Positions 1-10,500 of a stretch of 64,000 nucleotides of DNA are shown in pieces (within the stretch, counting starts at the first letter, position 1; every line of letters begins with the position of its first letter). Made by a program: the position numbers and the translations under genes. The notes below the pieces were generated by a model that searched no databases, had not been told where the DNA came from, and was given only the letters and a program-made list of their open reading frames with translations. Location: positions 33,636-97,635 of the IMG/VR virus record IMGVR_UViG_3300045988_149282; one strand, written 5' to 3'. The DNA comes from a virus (taxonomy: Duplodnaviria > Heunggongvirae > Uroviricota > Caudoviricetes).

Positions 1-2
1 CG

Positions 3-3000
3 TTATCAACCCTCAACAGCACCGTGACCCAGCAGGGAAAAGACATTACGTCTAACTCCAACAGCATCACTTCGCTGTCAAACCAGATGGTTAACGGCCG
101 CCAGAACATGTGGGTGCGTAGCGTATACAACGTACAACTGGCGAACAATACCACTGAGCCGACCTTTAGCGATATCAACGGTAAGGCGCCAATCTCGATC
201 GATGAGGTTCCTGACGCGGCAAAACTGGACTTTGCGAGCGCCGGCAGTTACGTGATCGCGCATTACAAAGCCTTCGTGAAAGTCAATGCTGATACCACCA
301 TCACTATGGCACCAGGGTCTCGTGTTTTTGATGATACGGGCGCCGTGTACGTGAACGGTGTTAGGGTTGCCTTTGGTAATGCGAGCTGGAATACGGTTAG
401 CTTTGATCTGAAAGCTGGCTGGAGCACGGTTGAGTTCTTGGTGAACCAATGGACTGGTCAGGCTTACATTAACCTCGGCTTTAAACTGTCCGAGAAGGTA
501 GCCCAGCTGAATTCTGCTCTTGGGATGAACGCGCTTTCGAATGCCATTAGCGCCGTCACCTCAAACGTCAGCACCGTAGGTGATCGCGTCACGAGCACCT
601 CGCAGAGCGTTACTGATCTGCGAAACAGCCTCGAACAGACCAACGCTAATCTGGCGAATAAGGCAGATGCACAGGCGCTGTCTACGCTGCAAAATACGGT
701 CTCCAAGCAGGGGGATACGATTTCCAGCCAGGGTAACAGCATCACGAACCTGAATAACACCCTGACCGCTGCCAGAAACTCCGGTGACAACCTGATCCCG
801 AACTACGATTTCCTGCAGGGTGCAACTGCGTGGGATATCCAGTATCCGGCGGGCGTCGCTTTCGGCAACTTCGGTGATGGTAAGGCTGGGGTTAAACTGA
901 ACCGGACGACCACTACCAGCCCAGGCATCTTCTCCAACAACAACAAGCCGCTGCCGCTTAATGGTCAGCGCAAATATCGTGTTGTGGTTAAAGCCAAGGG
1001 CGTGTCCGGGGCGATGAACATGTTGATCCGGCGCCAGAACAAAATCGGCCAGACCGACAGCAATTATGAAGATAAAAACGTCACACTCACCAGTGAGTGG
1101 CAGACCATTACCTGGGAAACTGGGCTTACTGCCTCTAACGCTGATGGTCAGAACTTTAAGCTTTATGCGCACCCGGCTAATGCCGAAATCTGGGTTGATA
1201 CCTTTAAGGTCTTTGATATCACGGATGAGGTGAAGATCAAGGCTAATAGCGATGCGCTGTCTACGTTGTCGAGCACGGTGACACAGCAGGGTGACAAGAT
1301 CACCAGCCAGGGCAACAGCATCACTAAGTTGACCAATGACCTCGAGGCCGCTGACGCAAACATCGCGAAAAAGGCCGATCAGTCGGCAGTCACTACGCTG
1401 ACAGGTCGGGTAGAGAAGACGGAGTCCGGTCTGACGGCGGCGAACAGCAACATTACGTCGCTTAGCAGCTCTCTGAGCCAGCAATCCAAACGCGGCGCTA
1501 ATCTGCTTCCTGATGGCACTTTTGAAAGCTACGCGGTTGGCCATAATCTATCAAATAATCGCGTTATCGTTACCACTGATGACTCTCACGGTGGAAATAA
1601 GTGCATCCGTGTGACGCGTCCGAACGACTACAACGCCAACGCAACAGATAACAGCGATAACCATATTTTTAGCGGATTTCAGGTTCGCGATAACGCAGTG
1701 TTCTACATGGAGTGCTGGGTTAAGCTGGATGCCAATAGCACAGCCATGGCCGAGAACACGCAGATCTCTATCGGTTTGTCGCTCCAGTATCAGGATAACT
1801 CGTGGCAGTGGCCGGCAGTAACTAAAGCTGCGAAAGATCTGTCTACAGCTCAATGGACGAAGGTTTCTGGTTACCTGAAATCAACGAAGAGCGGTATTAA
1901 GCAGGCAATGGTGAGGATTTCTATTCCTAACGTTAGCAGCGTTAAGGCGGGAAACTCATTCCTTATTGATGACCTGGTCATTACCGAAGTAACTGATGCC
2001 TACAATGCGCAAAGTACAGCAGATGCTAACGCCAATGCGATTTCGACACTGGACTCGACCGTTTCCCAACAGGGCGACCAGATCACCAGTCAGGGTAACA
2101 GCATCACCAAACTGACAAATGACCTGGCAACGACCAATAACAACGTCAGTAAAAAAGCGGATCAGAGCGCTTTAAGCGTGTTGTCCGGGCGCGTCGATCA
2201 AACAGAATCGGGCTTATCCTCTGCGAATAGCAGTATCACTGCGCTTAATTCATCTGTACGCGCAGGGAATGCGACAAGTGGCGATTTGATTAGCAACCCG
2301 ACATTTGACCCAGAGTTTAGTCAGATGGGCTTCACTGTGGTTCCCAGCTCGTCTGAGGGCGTGCCAGCCAATTGCCCATACGCTTATGTTGCACGCATTG
2401 CGGCTCGCGACCATCACCCAAATTTTGCTGCTATTCCGGCGACATTGGGGGATGTCTATGAAATGTCTGCTCTCGTCGCGTGTGGCACTGGCTCCGCTGA
2501 TTTCAACCTGTATCTCGGAACCGCAACACGGCCAAGCGGCAGCGTGGGCGCGCCTCTGTCATCTGGCGGCAACCGCAAGGCGTCGGCCACATGGCAGCGA
2601 GTAACCTGGCGTTTCAAAATTACTCAGGGGATTGTCGATCGCGGCTTCTTCCGTCCATTCCTGCAAATCAACCAGTCCAGCCCGTTCGGCACCGTCTGGT
2701 ATGTGACCGACTGGCATCTGCGGAACGTAACCGACTCCTCCAAAGTTCAGGATTCTCTCGATGCTACGGCGAAAGCGGTTGATTCGCTGACCTCTACGGT
2801 AAATCAGCAGGGGGAGAATATCTCCAGCATTGGTACACGTACTACCAATCTTGAGAATAATTTGAGAACAACAAATGCAAACGTTGCTCAAAAAGCGGAC
2901 GCCAATGCTCTGACGGCACTGACCAACCGTGTTACCCAGACCGAAAAAGACATTAACTCAACGAGTTCTTCTGTCACGAATCTGAACAACAAGGTTGATG

Positions 3001-6000
3001 CAATTTCTGTCGGCGGTACAAACCTGATCAAGAACTCCGGCGATATGACCGGCTGGTCGAACGTTGTCAGCGATACGTATCGTGGTAACGCGGTAATTGG
3101 CGCAACTGTAAAAGCCGGCTCCGGTTACAGGGATTTGCGGGAAATCACGCTTGAGTCGCCGGTCGATGCAGGTGAGTACGTTTACAGCTTCTATGCGAAA
3201 GGCGGTGTTGCTGGCCAGATTATGACGGCGTTCTTCTACAATCCGAACACTACAACGTCTATCGAGACCAGCCAGGGTGCGAAGGGTAACAACAGTGATG
3301 GCCGTGCGCAGTTCACGCTGACCACTTCATGGGCCCGCTATTGGGTTAAGTGGAAACAGACACCTACCACGAGTACCAAGCGCCTGATTCTGTGTCGTAT
3401 CGAGAGCAATACCTCCAAAGACCAGACGGTGTACATCAACAGTCCGAAGTTTGAGGTAGGTAACGTTGTTTCCGACTGGAACGAGTCTCCGTCTGATAGT
3501 GCCAGTGCGTCGGCTGTGGACTCGCTGACAACGAAAGTGAATCAGCAGGGCACTTCCATTAGCTCTATCGGAAATCGCACCACATCGTTGGAAAACGGGT
3601 TATCGACAGCTCAAAACAACATTGCCAAGAAGGCTGATGCTTCTGCATTGCAGGATCTCCGGAACACGGTGACATCTCAGGGTGATGATTTAACCGCGGC
3701 GAACAGCAGCATTACCAGCCTGCATGCCTCGATGAACCGTCGCACTGTGTTTACTGTCACTGCACGGGGTAATGGCAACAGCGTTACCCATGGGGTGTTT
3801 GATGAAAGCGGCAAGAATCTGTTTACCCCTGGTCGCAGCTGGGCGCTGGTCACTTTTGCAAAACACAGCGACGGATCAACGGTGATTGCGACCTCCAAAA
3901 CATACGATGTCTTTGGCAGCGCGAATAATGGCGCCACGATGTCGGCTGATATCGAGGCACTGGCCAGTGGGACTTACGTTTGCGTCCTGACATTCGATGA
4001 GCCAACTGGCAACCGAGGTAAGGTGTTGTCTGCCCTGGAATCTCTTGGTGGCACTTCCGAAGTCGTTAACTCTCTGCCGTATCGTGGCGCCTACATTCTC
4101 CTTGGCCGCAAAGGTATGAAGCCGGGCGATGGTCTGGAACTGCGTGCGCCAACCGGTGGCGACGGCACCGCCCACATTTCGACCTCAGTCGAGTTTGTGA
4201 ACGGGGTAATGATGGGGCTGGGCGCCGCTGGTGGTGTGATGATGAAGGCTGATGCGAACGCATCTGCAATTACCACGCTCCAGAATACAGTGAAGACCCA
4301 AGGGGATAATATTGACTCCCTGAGCTCCTCGACAACAGCGCTGGAAAACAGCCTTGCGTCCAGTAACGCCAGCGTGGATGCAGCAAGCCAGATCCCCGGT
4401 AACCTGATCGTAAACCCGTCTTTTGAGCGTGGTACGGAGGGCTACACTGGTTGGAGCGGTATTGCCACGGTGGCAACGCTGCAGGTTCCACATCTTGGCA
4501 CCAAAGCCGCCAAACTAGCGGCGGGTGGTTCTGCAGGCGTGGGCCAGAAGATCTCCTTCAAAAAGGATCGGTCGTACAAAATTGGTATTTGGGCAAAGCA
4601 GGACCCTAATACCACCATTCAGTCGACCGACAACACAAAATTCCGTGTGGCTGACGGTACTGGCCTGATTGCAAGTAAGGTTTATGGTCCGTTCACCTCG
4701 AACTGGCAGGAGGTGTCATGGACATGGAAGGCGACAAAGGATGTCCTTGCTGACGTTCAGTTCACTGCTTTCTTGTCAGCCGGCGCGATGTACTTTGATG
4801 ATTTTTACGTCGTCGATGTGACCGACTCAGTTGAAACTCAGGCGAACTCGAGTGCGATCACGAAGCTCGATAGTCGTGTGACCAAGACAGAGAATGACAT
4901 CACCAGCCAGGGCAGCCAGGTTACGCAACTTAAGAATGACCTTGCTACCACAAACACAAATGTTTCGAAGAAAGCGGATGCAGCTGCGTTAACGGCATTA
5001 ACGAACCGCGTCACGCAGAATGAGAAAGAAATTGGAACCCAGAGCAGCCAGACAACTTCGCTCAAAAACTCTTTGAGCACTGTTCAGGCAATGGGAAGCA
5101 ACCCGTGGTTTGATGGTTCTCTGGAGACGTACTCCGAAAACCAGCAGATCAGCGGCTCGCGCGCGGTCGTCGTCAGCTCTCAGAAACGAAGCGGAACGAA
5201 GTCGTTGCGTGTTTCCCGCGGCGCCGGTGAGGGCGGAAACAGCGATAAAACCATCGGTAAGTGGATTGCTCTGCGTGAAAATGCGGTATTCCGCATTGAA
5301 CTCTGGGCGATGATGCCGGCAGATCAGTCGCCATCATCCGGGTGGTCAACGCTCGTTGGTTTGCAGACCCAAAACGCTGCCAACAACAATAACTGGCCGA
5401 CGGCAATCACTATCAATGAAGCCGCATTGGGTGCAAGAGGCGCATGGAAGAAATTCACCGGTACGCTCCGTGTAGCCGCTGGCCACACTCGCGGCGCATT
5501 TTGGGTATCTACCCGCGGCACAACTGGCACTGGTACACCGGGGTATGATCTGTATATCGATGACGTTGTTGTCACCGATATCACCGACGCAAAAGAGGCT
5601 CAAGATTCGGCTAATTCGAACGCATCCGCGCTCACCAGCCTTACCTCACGTGTTACCAATGTAGAAGGGCAGGTGACATCCCAGGCGTCTCAGCTGTCCT
5701 CTTTGACGTCCCAGGTGAATGATGCGTCTTCGAAGGTTGATCAGATGGCGCAAACCATCACCAACAACGAGAAAACGCAGTCGTCGCTGAATACCAGCTT
5801 GCAGTCGCAAATTGATGCGCAGGCATCGGCAAACATCAAGAACCAGACGGAGTTGAATAACGCCACCACTTCGATGGCGGCAATTAAATCAACTCAGCAG
5901 ACTCAGGCCACAACGATTAGTGCACTGTCTCAGCAGCAAACGAATTTAACGGCCCAGGTAGGAGGCCAGTCAGCCGAGCTGCAGGAGCTGAAGAAAACGG

Positions 6001-6821
6001 TTGTTGAAAACGGCAACGTTAACAGCACCTGGATGGTCAAAATGGAAACCAACAGCAACGGTAAAAAGTATGCTGCTGGTATAGCTTTAGGTATCGATGG
6101 CAAAAATTTGCAGAGCCAGTTTCTGGTTCAGACTGATCGCTTCGGCTTAATCAACACCTCTAACGGGAATACGACTACACCTTTCGTTATCGAAAATGGC
6201 GTTGCGTATATTAATGCCGCTGTCATTAAAGATGGCTCGATCACCAATGCGAAAATTGGAGGCGAAATCCGTTCTGACAATTTCGTTAATGGTTCAAATG
6301 GCTGGAGAATTGGAAAAGACGGTAGTTCACAGTTCAACAATGCGATATTCAGAGGTCATATTGAAGCGCGCAGTGGTACGTTCAAAGGAACCCTGGAAGC
6401 TCAAAACTTTATTGGTGATATCGCTGTAGCTCGGCGTTATGCGGGTTTATCGTTCCGTCGTAACAACACCGTACAGCGTGATGGTCGTTACCAGAACCGC
6501 GGATACGGTATGACTATTGTGCTAAGTTGCACCCTGATATATCAGGTTACTGGGGGGAATGAGGATCGTAACGGTTATATTGTTGAAATGACATTTAACG
6601 TTGGCGGTCAGGAGGCAACTCGCAGTTTCCCGATCAACCCGCGAATGAATATGGGCTCCTACTCGATGGAGTTTCGTTTTGCAGCGGATATTCCAGGCAA
6701 CTATGACAACGTCCCGTTCTTTGTAAGAGCACGTGGTCGGGATGCTACTTGGAACTACCAGTGTTATGTAGAAAACATCACTGCCACTGCTTTCCGTACA
6801 AACAGCAACTCATTCAGCTAA
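3..6821 (+). CDS. giant tail fibre protein, 5-prime partial (frame is open to the window edge)
   Basis: ORF of 2265+ aa; at least eight copies of an ~80-aa Ser/Thr/Asn/Gln-rich repeat (TVxQQGDxITSQGNSITxLxNxL...KKADxxAL) alternating with ~200-aa globular modules; the same repeat translates in frame from nt 3 with no stop, so the true start lies upstream of the window. Confidence 0.7.
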   Translation, partial: LSTLNSTVTQQGKDITSNSNSITSLSNQMVNGRQNMWVRSVYNVQLANNTTEPTFSDINGKAPISIDEVPDAAKLDFASAGSYVIAHYKAFVKVNADTTITMAPGSRVFDDTGAVYVNGVRVAFGNASWNTVSFDLKAGWSTVEFLVNQWTGQAYINLGFKLSEKVAQLNSALGMNALSNAISAVTSNVSTVGDRVTSTSQSVTDLRNSLEQTNANLANKADAQALSTLQNTVSKQGDTISSQGNSITNLNNTLTAARNSGDNLIPNYDFLQGATAWDIQYPAGVAFGNFGDGKAGVKLNRTTTTSPGIFSNNNKPLPLNGQRKYRVVVKAKGVSGAMNMLIRRQNKIGQTDSNYEDKNVTLTSEWQTITWETGLTASNADGQNFKLYAHPANAEIWVDTFKVFDITDEVKIKANSDALSTLSSTVTQQGDKITSQGNSITKLTNDLEAADANIAKKADQSAVTTLTGRVEKTESGLTAANSNITSLSSSLSQQSKRGANLLPDGTFESYAVGHNLSNNRVIVTTDDSHGGNKCIRVTRPNDYNANATDNSDNHIFSGFQVRDNAVFYMECWVKLDANSTAMAENTQISIGLSLQYQDNSWQWPAVTKAAKDLSTAQWTKVSGYLKSTKSGIKQAMVRISIPNVSSVKAGNSFLIDDLVITEVTDAYNAQSTADANANAISTLDSTVSQQGDQITSQGNSITKLTNDLATTNNNVSKKADQSALSVLSGRVDQTESGLSSANSSITALNSSVRAGNATSGDLISNPTFDPEFSQMGFTVVPSSSEGVPANCPYAYVARIAARDHHPNFAAIPATLGDVYEMSALVACGTGSADFNLYLGTATRPSGSVGAPLSSGGNRKASATWQRVTWRFKITQGIVDRGFFRPFLQINQSSPFGTVWYVTDWHLRNVTDSSKVQDSLDATAKAVDSLTSTVNQQGENISSIGTRTTNLENNLRTTNANVAQKADANALTALTNRVTQTEKDINSTSSSVTNLNNKVDAISVGGTNLIKNSGDMTGWSNVVSDTYRGNAVIGATVKAGSGYRDLREITLESPVDAGEYVYSFYAKGGVAGQIMTAFFYNPNTTTSIETSQGAKGNNSDGRAQFTLTTSWARYWVKWKQTPTTSTKRLILCRIESNTSKDQTVYINSPKFEVGNVVSDWNESPSDSASASAVDSLTTKVNQQGTSISSIGNRTTSLENGLSTAQNNIAKKADASALQDLRNTVTSQGDDLTAANSSITSLHASMNRRTVFTVTARGNGNSVTHGVFDESGKNLFTPGRSWALVTFAKHSDGSTVIATSKTYDVFGSANNGATMSADIEALASGTYVCVLTFDEPTGNRGKVLSALESLGGTSEVVNSLPYRGAYILLGRKGMKPGDGLELRAPTGGDGTAHISTSVEFVNGVMMGLGAAGGVMMKADANASAITTLQNTVKTQGDNIDSLSSSTTALENSLASSNASVDAASQIPGNLIVNPSFERGTEGYTGWSGIATVATLQVPHLGTKAAKLAAGGSAGVGQKISFKKDRSYKIGIWAKQDPNTTIQSTDNTKFRVADGTGLIASKVYGPFTSNWQEVSWTWKATKDVLADVQFTAFLSAGAMYFDDFYVVDVTDSVETQANSSAITKLDSRVTKTENDITSQGSQVTQLKNDLATTNTNVSKKADAAALTALTNRVTQNEKEIGTQSSQTTSLKNSLSTVQAMGSNPWFDGSLETYSENQQISGSRAVVVSSQKRSGTKSLRVSRGAGEGGNSDKTIGKWIALRENAVFRIELWAMMPADQSPSSGWSTLVGLQTQNAANNNNWPTAITINEAALGARGAWKKFTGTLRVAAGHTRGAFWVSTRGTTGTGTPGYDLYIDDVVVTDITDAKEAQDSANSNASALTSLTSRVTNVEGQVTSQASQLSSLTSQVNDASSKVDQMAQTITNNEKTQSSLNTSLQSQIDAQASANIKNQTELNNATTSMAAIKSTQQTQATTISALSQQQTNLTAQVGGQSAELQELKKTVVENGNVNSTWMVKMETNSNGKKYAAGIALGIDGKNLQSQFLVQTDRFGLINTSNGNTTTPFVIENGVAYINAAVIKDGSITNAKIGGEIRSDNFVNGSNGWRIGKDGSSQFNNAIFRGHIEARSGTFKGTLEAQNFIGDIAVARRYAGLSFRRNNTVQRDGRYQNRGYGMTIVLSCTLIYQVTGGNEDRNGYIVEMTFNVGGQEATRSFPINPRMNMGSYSMEFRFAADIPGNYDNVPFFVRARGRDATWNYQCYVENITATAFRTNSNSFS

Positions 6822-6877
6822 CATGGCGCCCCTTTGGGGCGCCCACTAAACCGTATTAACTCAAGGAAGAGTAAATT

Positions 6878-8317
6878 ATGGCAATGTATGAAGTTGGCAC
6901 CATAACGGGTGCTGCAAACCAGGCAAAGGTTACAGGTATTTCCACTAAGTGGTCGGAGACCGCCCTGGGTATTCAAGAGGGTTCGATTCTTGTCATTTAT
7001 CGCAATGGAAGTGCCGATCTGTATGCCATCAAATCCGTTAATAACGACACTCAACTGACCCTGACGAGAAACATTACAACAGCTTTTTCTGGTGCGAAAT
7101 ATGGAATTATCACATCAGAAACAGCCAGCACATCGTCTTTTGCTAATCAACTCGCCAGTGCATTCACTCTGTGGCGTAATGTTGTCCAGGGGTGGTCTAC
7201 AGCACTAACAGGTAGTGGCAATATTACAATAACAGACCCTTTAACGGGTGTATCTGTGACTGTTCCAGCAATTTCAGGAATGGCGAAAGCGTCCGATCTC
7301 ACAGCACTTAGCAACTCGCTGAAAGATGTAGCGAAGACTACAACGGCAAACACATGGACGCAGGCGCAGACGTGGAACGCAGCATCTACGTTTAAAAATA
7401 ACCTTACGGTGAACGGCACTTTTACAGTAAATGGGAATTTCTACGGCAAGCAGCTTGCTGGAGGCCACATAGAGTTAACAGGGGCGACCCCTTATATCGA
7501 CTTTCACCACGGCAACACCACAACAGACTACACACATCGAATTATTACTGAGAATGGGGCATTGGCTGTTTATCCGGGCTTACGCGTCCGTGGTGGATTG
7601 GGGATTTATGGTGTAGCTACGCAATACGGAGATCAGTACGGGCAGGGATTTATCACCCGTCTTAACACAGATCCAGGTAACGTAGCTAACGGCACAATCA
7701 TTGCCTCTCCACGCGTCACAACTAGGTTCAACACTCGCGGCAGTGACACAAATGTTGACGGCGGACAGGGGGCCATGTGGTTTGAGGAGCAGGTGGGGAC
7801 GAACCATAGGCTGGTATTCATGCTTGGTGGTTTCAGTCAGCCTGTCCAATATTGGCACCACTTGCCTGATGGGCGGATCTATAGTAGTTCTCGCGGCGAT
7901 GTTGCATTTAACGGGACGTCCGACGAACGGTTGAAACATAGTATAGAACCGACTGACGGCCATTTGTCAGTCGATCGCATTCGTCAGCTTGAGCTGGTGA
8001 CGTTCGTCTATAACGATGACGAGCAGGAACGAGTACGCCGCGGGATTATTGCGCAGCAGGCTCAGCTGGTCGACAAACAGTATGTTAAGCAGATTAACAC
8101 ATCGTATATTCTCAACGGTGAGAAAGTGGACGATGACCGTCTGCAACTCGATAATAACGTTATTCTAATGGATACATTGGCGGCGGTTAAAGTACTGATT
8201 CAGCGAGTTGAAGAACTTGAGAATAAACTTAACTCATCAGAAGGGAGCGACGCCATAAATACAAACCAGAATACCTTCGATACAGGCGTGGCCATGAGAA
8301 GTGAGCAATCAAATTAA
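6878..8317 (+). CDS. tail fibre/tail spike protein with C-terminal intramolecular chaperone (peptidase S74-like) domain
   Basis: 479 aa; C-terminal region has the SDERLK...coiled-coil signature of self-cleaving intramolecular chaperone domains of phage fibres; RBS-like sequence upstream. Confidence 0.65.
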   Translation: MAMYEVGTITGAANQAKVTGISTKWSETALGIQEGSILVIYRNGSADLYAIKSVNNDTQLTLTRNITTAFSGAKYGIITSETASTSSFANQLASAFTLWRNVVQGWSTALTGSGNITITDPLTGVSVTVPAISGMAKASDLTALSNSLKDVAKTTTANTWTQAQTWNAASTFKNNLTVNGTFTVNGNFYGKQLAGGHIELTGATPYIDFHHGNTTTDYTHRIITENGALAVYPGLRVRGGLGIYGVATQYGDQYGQGFITRLNTDPGNVANGTIIASPRVTTRFNTRGSDTNVDGGQGAMWFEEQVGTNHRLVFMLGGFSQPVQYWHHLPDGRIYSSSRGDVAFNGTSDERLKHSIEPTDGHLSVDRIRQLELVTFVYNDDEQERVRRGIIAQQAQLVDKQYVKQINTSYILNGEKVDDDRLQLDNNVILMDTLAAVKVLIQRVEELENKLNSSEGSDAINTNQNTFDTGVAMRSEQSN

Positions 8318-8395
8318 TTCAATTCGTATGTAAGTGCTTACCTACAATTAGTTTCTAATTTATGATATAAATCTGCCATCCGATTTGACTTATTC

Positions 8396-8731
8396 ATGGA
8401 GGAAGACATGTCAAACGAGATGGCAGGCGTGACGCCAGAGCAGGTGGAGCGCATTGCCGCAATTGTTGCGCGAGAAGTCGTAGGAAAATTAAGTAAGGAG
8501 CTTCGCGATGATATTGGCCAGGAGGTCAACGATCAGCTGCGAACCTACTTTGGCGATATGACTCCGGCGCAACATAGCATTCAGCATTCCAACCTGGACA
8601 AACTTCTTAATCGGCTCGACACGATTTCAAGCGGGTTCTTTGGAGGCATTATTTCCAAGATTACCTCGTTCCTGATCACCGTGCTGCTTTTGGGTTTGGC
8701 CGCTTATGGCGTGAAAAATGGACTGCAATAA
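8396..8731 (+). CDS. putative holin-like small membrane protein
   Basis: 111 aa, single C-terminal hydrophobic helix (ITSFLITVLLLGLAAYGV); GGAGGA RBS; immediately precedes putative lysin and spanins. Confidence 0.35.
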   Translation: MEEDMSNEMAGVTPEQVERIAAIVAREVVGKLSKELRDDIGQEVNDQLRTYFGDMTPAQHSIQHSNLDKLLNRLDTISSGFFGGIISKITSFLITVLLLGLAAYGVKNGLQ

Positions 8732-8744
8732 CAGGAGAACAAGG

Positions 8745-9437
8745 ATGAGTACTCCAAGAGGCATTCGTAACAACAACCCTGGCAACCTGGATAAAGGGTC
8801 GCCGTGGCAAGGGTTAGTAAACAACCCGTCGGAACCGCGGTTCTGTACTTTTAAAGACCCCGTATGGGGGATTCGAGCACTGACAGTAACGCTCATCACC
8901 TACCATGATAAGCGCCGTGCAAAAGATGGCTCCAGCATCGATACGATCCGCGAAGTCATCGAGCGTTGGGCGCCGCCACACGAAAACAACACCGCCGCCT
9001 ATATCAATGAGGTTTCTAAAGCCGTTGGCGTGACGCCGGACATGATCATCGATCTGCATGACTACAATACTATGCGGCCGCTGGTGGAGGCGATTATTCG
9101 TCATGAGAACGGTCGTGGCCCTTTGAAAACACTCAACAGCTGGTATTCGGCCGAAGTTATTGACGAAGGTATGCGTCGCGCCGGCGTCGTTAAACCGGTA
9201 ACTGCAGTGAAAGCCGTACCTGTCACGAAAGAAACTGCAGGCGCAACGGTGACTGCAGGTATCGGTATTGCGCAGCTGGCGGACGTAATGCCGCAGATCT
9301 CCGTTGCGATGGATAAGGCCCAGGGACATATTACCAGCGGGGATACCGTTCGCATTATCTTCGGTATTGCGACCATTGTTGTCGCCGGCTTTATTGCCTG
9401 GTCGCAAGTTCGTAAGCATCAGGCAGGAGTGGTGTAA
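8745..9437 (+). CDS. putative endolysin / cell-wall hydrolase with C-terminal membrane anchor
   Basis: Start chosen at ATG 8745 behind AGGAG RBS (track ORF starts at 8718); conserved GIRNNNPGN motif near N-terminus; C-terminal hydrophobic helix; position between holin-like gene and spanins. Confidence 0.35.
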   Translation: MSTPRGIRNNNPGNLDKGSPWQGLVNNPSEPRFCTFKDPVWGIRALTVTLITYHDKRRAKDGSSIDTIREVIERWAPPHENNTAAYINEVSKAVGVTPDMIIDLHDYNTMRPLVEAIIRHENGRGPLKTLNSWYSAEVIDEGMRRAGVVKPVTAVKAVPVTKETAGATVTAGIGIAQLADVMPQISVAMDKAQGHITSGDTVRIIFGIATIVVAGFIAWSQVRKHQAGVV

Positions 9438-9439
9438 CC

Positions 9440-9691
9440 ATGAACGGCAGCCTGCTTTCAAAGGTCAAATCGACCATCATGACTTTGGCTGCCGTCTTCT
9501 CTGTGCTCGTTGGGGCGTACACCTGGGGTGGACGTGCTGCCCGGCGGGCCATGGAAGAAAAGGCGCAGAGAGAAACCAACAAACGGCTTCAAGGCACAGT
9601 GGATGTGAAAAATGAGACGATTAATGAAGTCAGGACTAAGGATGCTTCTGCCGTTCATCGCGAGCTTCGCGATAAGTGGATGCGTGATTAA
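9440..9691 (+). CDS. i-spanin (Rz-like)
   Basis: 83 aa, N-terminal TM helix followed by charged coiled-coil region; o-spanin gene overlaps its 3-prime end in another frame. Confidence 0.55.
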   Translation: MNGSLLSKVKSTIMTLAAVFSVLVGAYTWGGRAARRAMEEKAQRETNKRLQGTVDVKNETINEVRTKDASAVHRELRDKWMRD

Positions 9692-9839
9692 ACCCCAGAC
9701 CGTGGGCGTACAATTCTGCGATGGGGCTAACCCTATCTACATCAGCAAGGACGACGCCCTGACAGAAGAAACTGAGAGGGAAATCCTGATCCACAACACG
9801 CTGGGTGAGCGAATCTGTGATTGGGGGAAAGGTACATAA
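9612..9839 (+). CDS. o-spanin (Rz1-like outer-membrane lipoprotein)
   Basis: 75 aa, signal peptide with lipobox FAISGC; overlaps i-spanin gene out of frame, the classic Rz/Rz1 arrangement. Confidence 0.55.
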   Translation: MRRLMKSGLRMLLPFIASFAISGCVIKPQTVGVQFCDGANPIYISKDDALTEETEREILIHNTLGERICDWGKGT

Positions 9840-9851
9840 GGAACTGACGTA

Positions 9852-9890
9852 AGATGCGCTTGCGTTGATGTGAGGCGCATCTGTTTCTTC
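9852..9890 (+). terminator. rho-independent terminator after lysis cassette
   Basis: Hairpin agatgcgc...gcgcatct followed by T-rich tract. Confidence 0.5.
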
Positions 9891-10080
9891 TATCTGTAAT
9901 CGAGTAAATGCCGTCATCCAAGTTCACCGAACTTGATTATTCTTCACCGAACTTCACTCAAGGTAATCTTGAATCATCCTGCTTAATGATGTAGATTTAA
10001 CCAACAGCTGACGATGTCGTCAGCCGTTAGACCTGAAAAGGTGCCGCAATGACACTTGTGTTAACGGCTAAGGTGGATAT

Positions 10081-10500
10081 ATGCTAAATTATCATGACAA
10101 TACGCGTTCTATGCAGACGATCCGCACCAATACTGCGGTTATCGACAGCTTTCCTATGCGTATTCACAACAGTGAAGACGCAGTAGAAGTGCGACGTATG
10201 TTGTGCCGTGAATCAGCTAACCGCCAGCACTTCATCGTCACTTTTAAGAGCGATGTGGCGCGTGCCGAAAAGATCTCTAATTCTACGTCACTGGTTAAAC
10301 CGTTGGCCGAGGTTGTCACTAACGGTAAACGAACCTCTTTTGTTTTAGATGTTGCTGAACAATATCCTGACTTGAAGTGTTTAGATCGTGATATTTCTTC
10401 ACGAATCAAACAAGTTGTAGAGTCTTTTATGAAGAAATTCTGTAAAATCGATGATATGGAACCATCAACGGCACAGAATACTTCATGGCACCATCTCTAA
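10081..10500 (+). CDS. hypothetical protein (cargo cassette gene 1)
   Basis: 139 aa ORF, no recognisable motif; overlaps next gene by 16 nt. Confidence 0.4.
   Translation: MLNYHDNTRSMQTIRTNTAVIDSFPMRIHNSEDAVEVRRMLCRESANRQHFIVTFKSDVARAEKISNSTSLVKPLAEVVTNGKRTSFVLDVAEQYPDLKCLDRDISSRIKQVVESFMKKFCKIDDMEPSTAQNTSWHHL

Noticed and set aside
78-5603. Numerous minus-strand and alternate-frame ORFs (e.g. 561-1544 of 327 aa, 3876-4175, 5324-5584) inside the giant tail fibre gene
   Set aside because: Entirely embedded antisense or out of frame in a long ORF with clear repeat structure; no RBS or independent signals; typical shadow ORFs.
8814-9461. 215-aa minus-strand ORF antisense to the putative endolysin
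   Set aside because: Fully overlapped by the + strand lysis genes that have RBSs and operon context; composition-driven shadow ORF.
9921-9960. 12-mer gaacttcactca shared between 9921-9960 and 59321-59340
   Set aside because: A single 12-nt match is expected by chance many times in a 64-kb window; not significant without further support.
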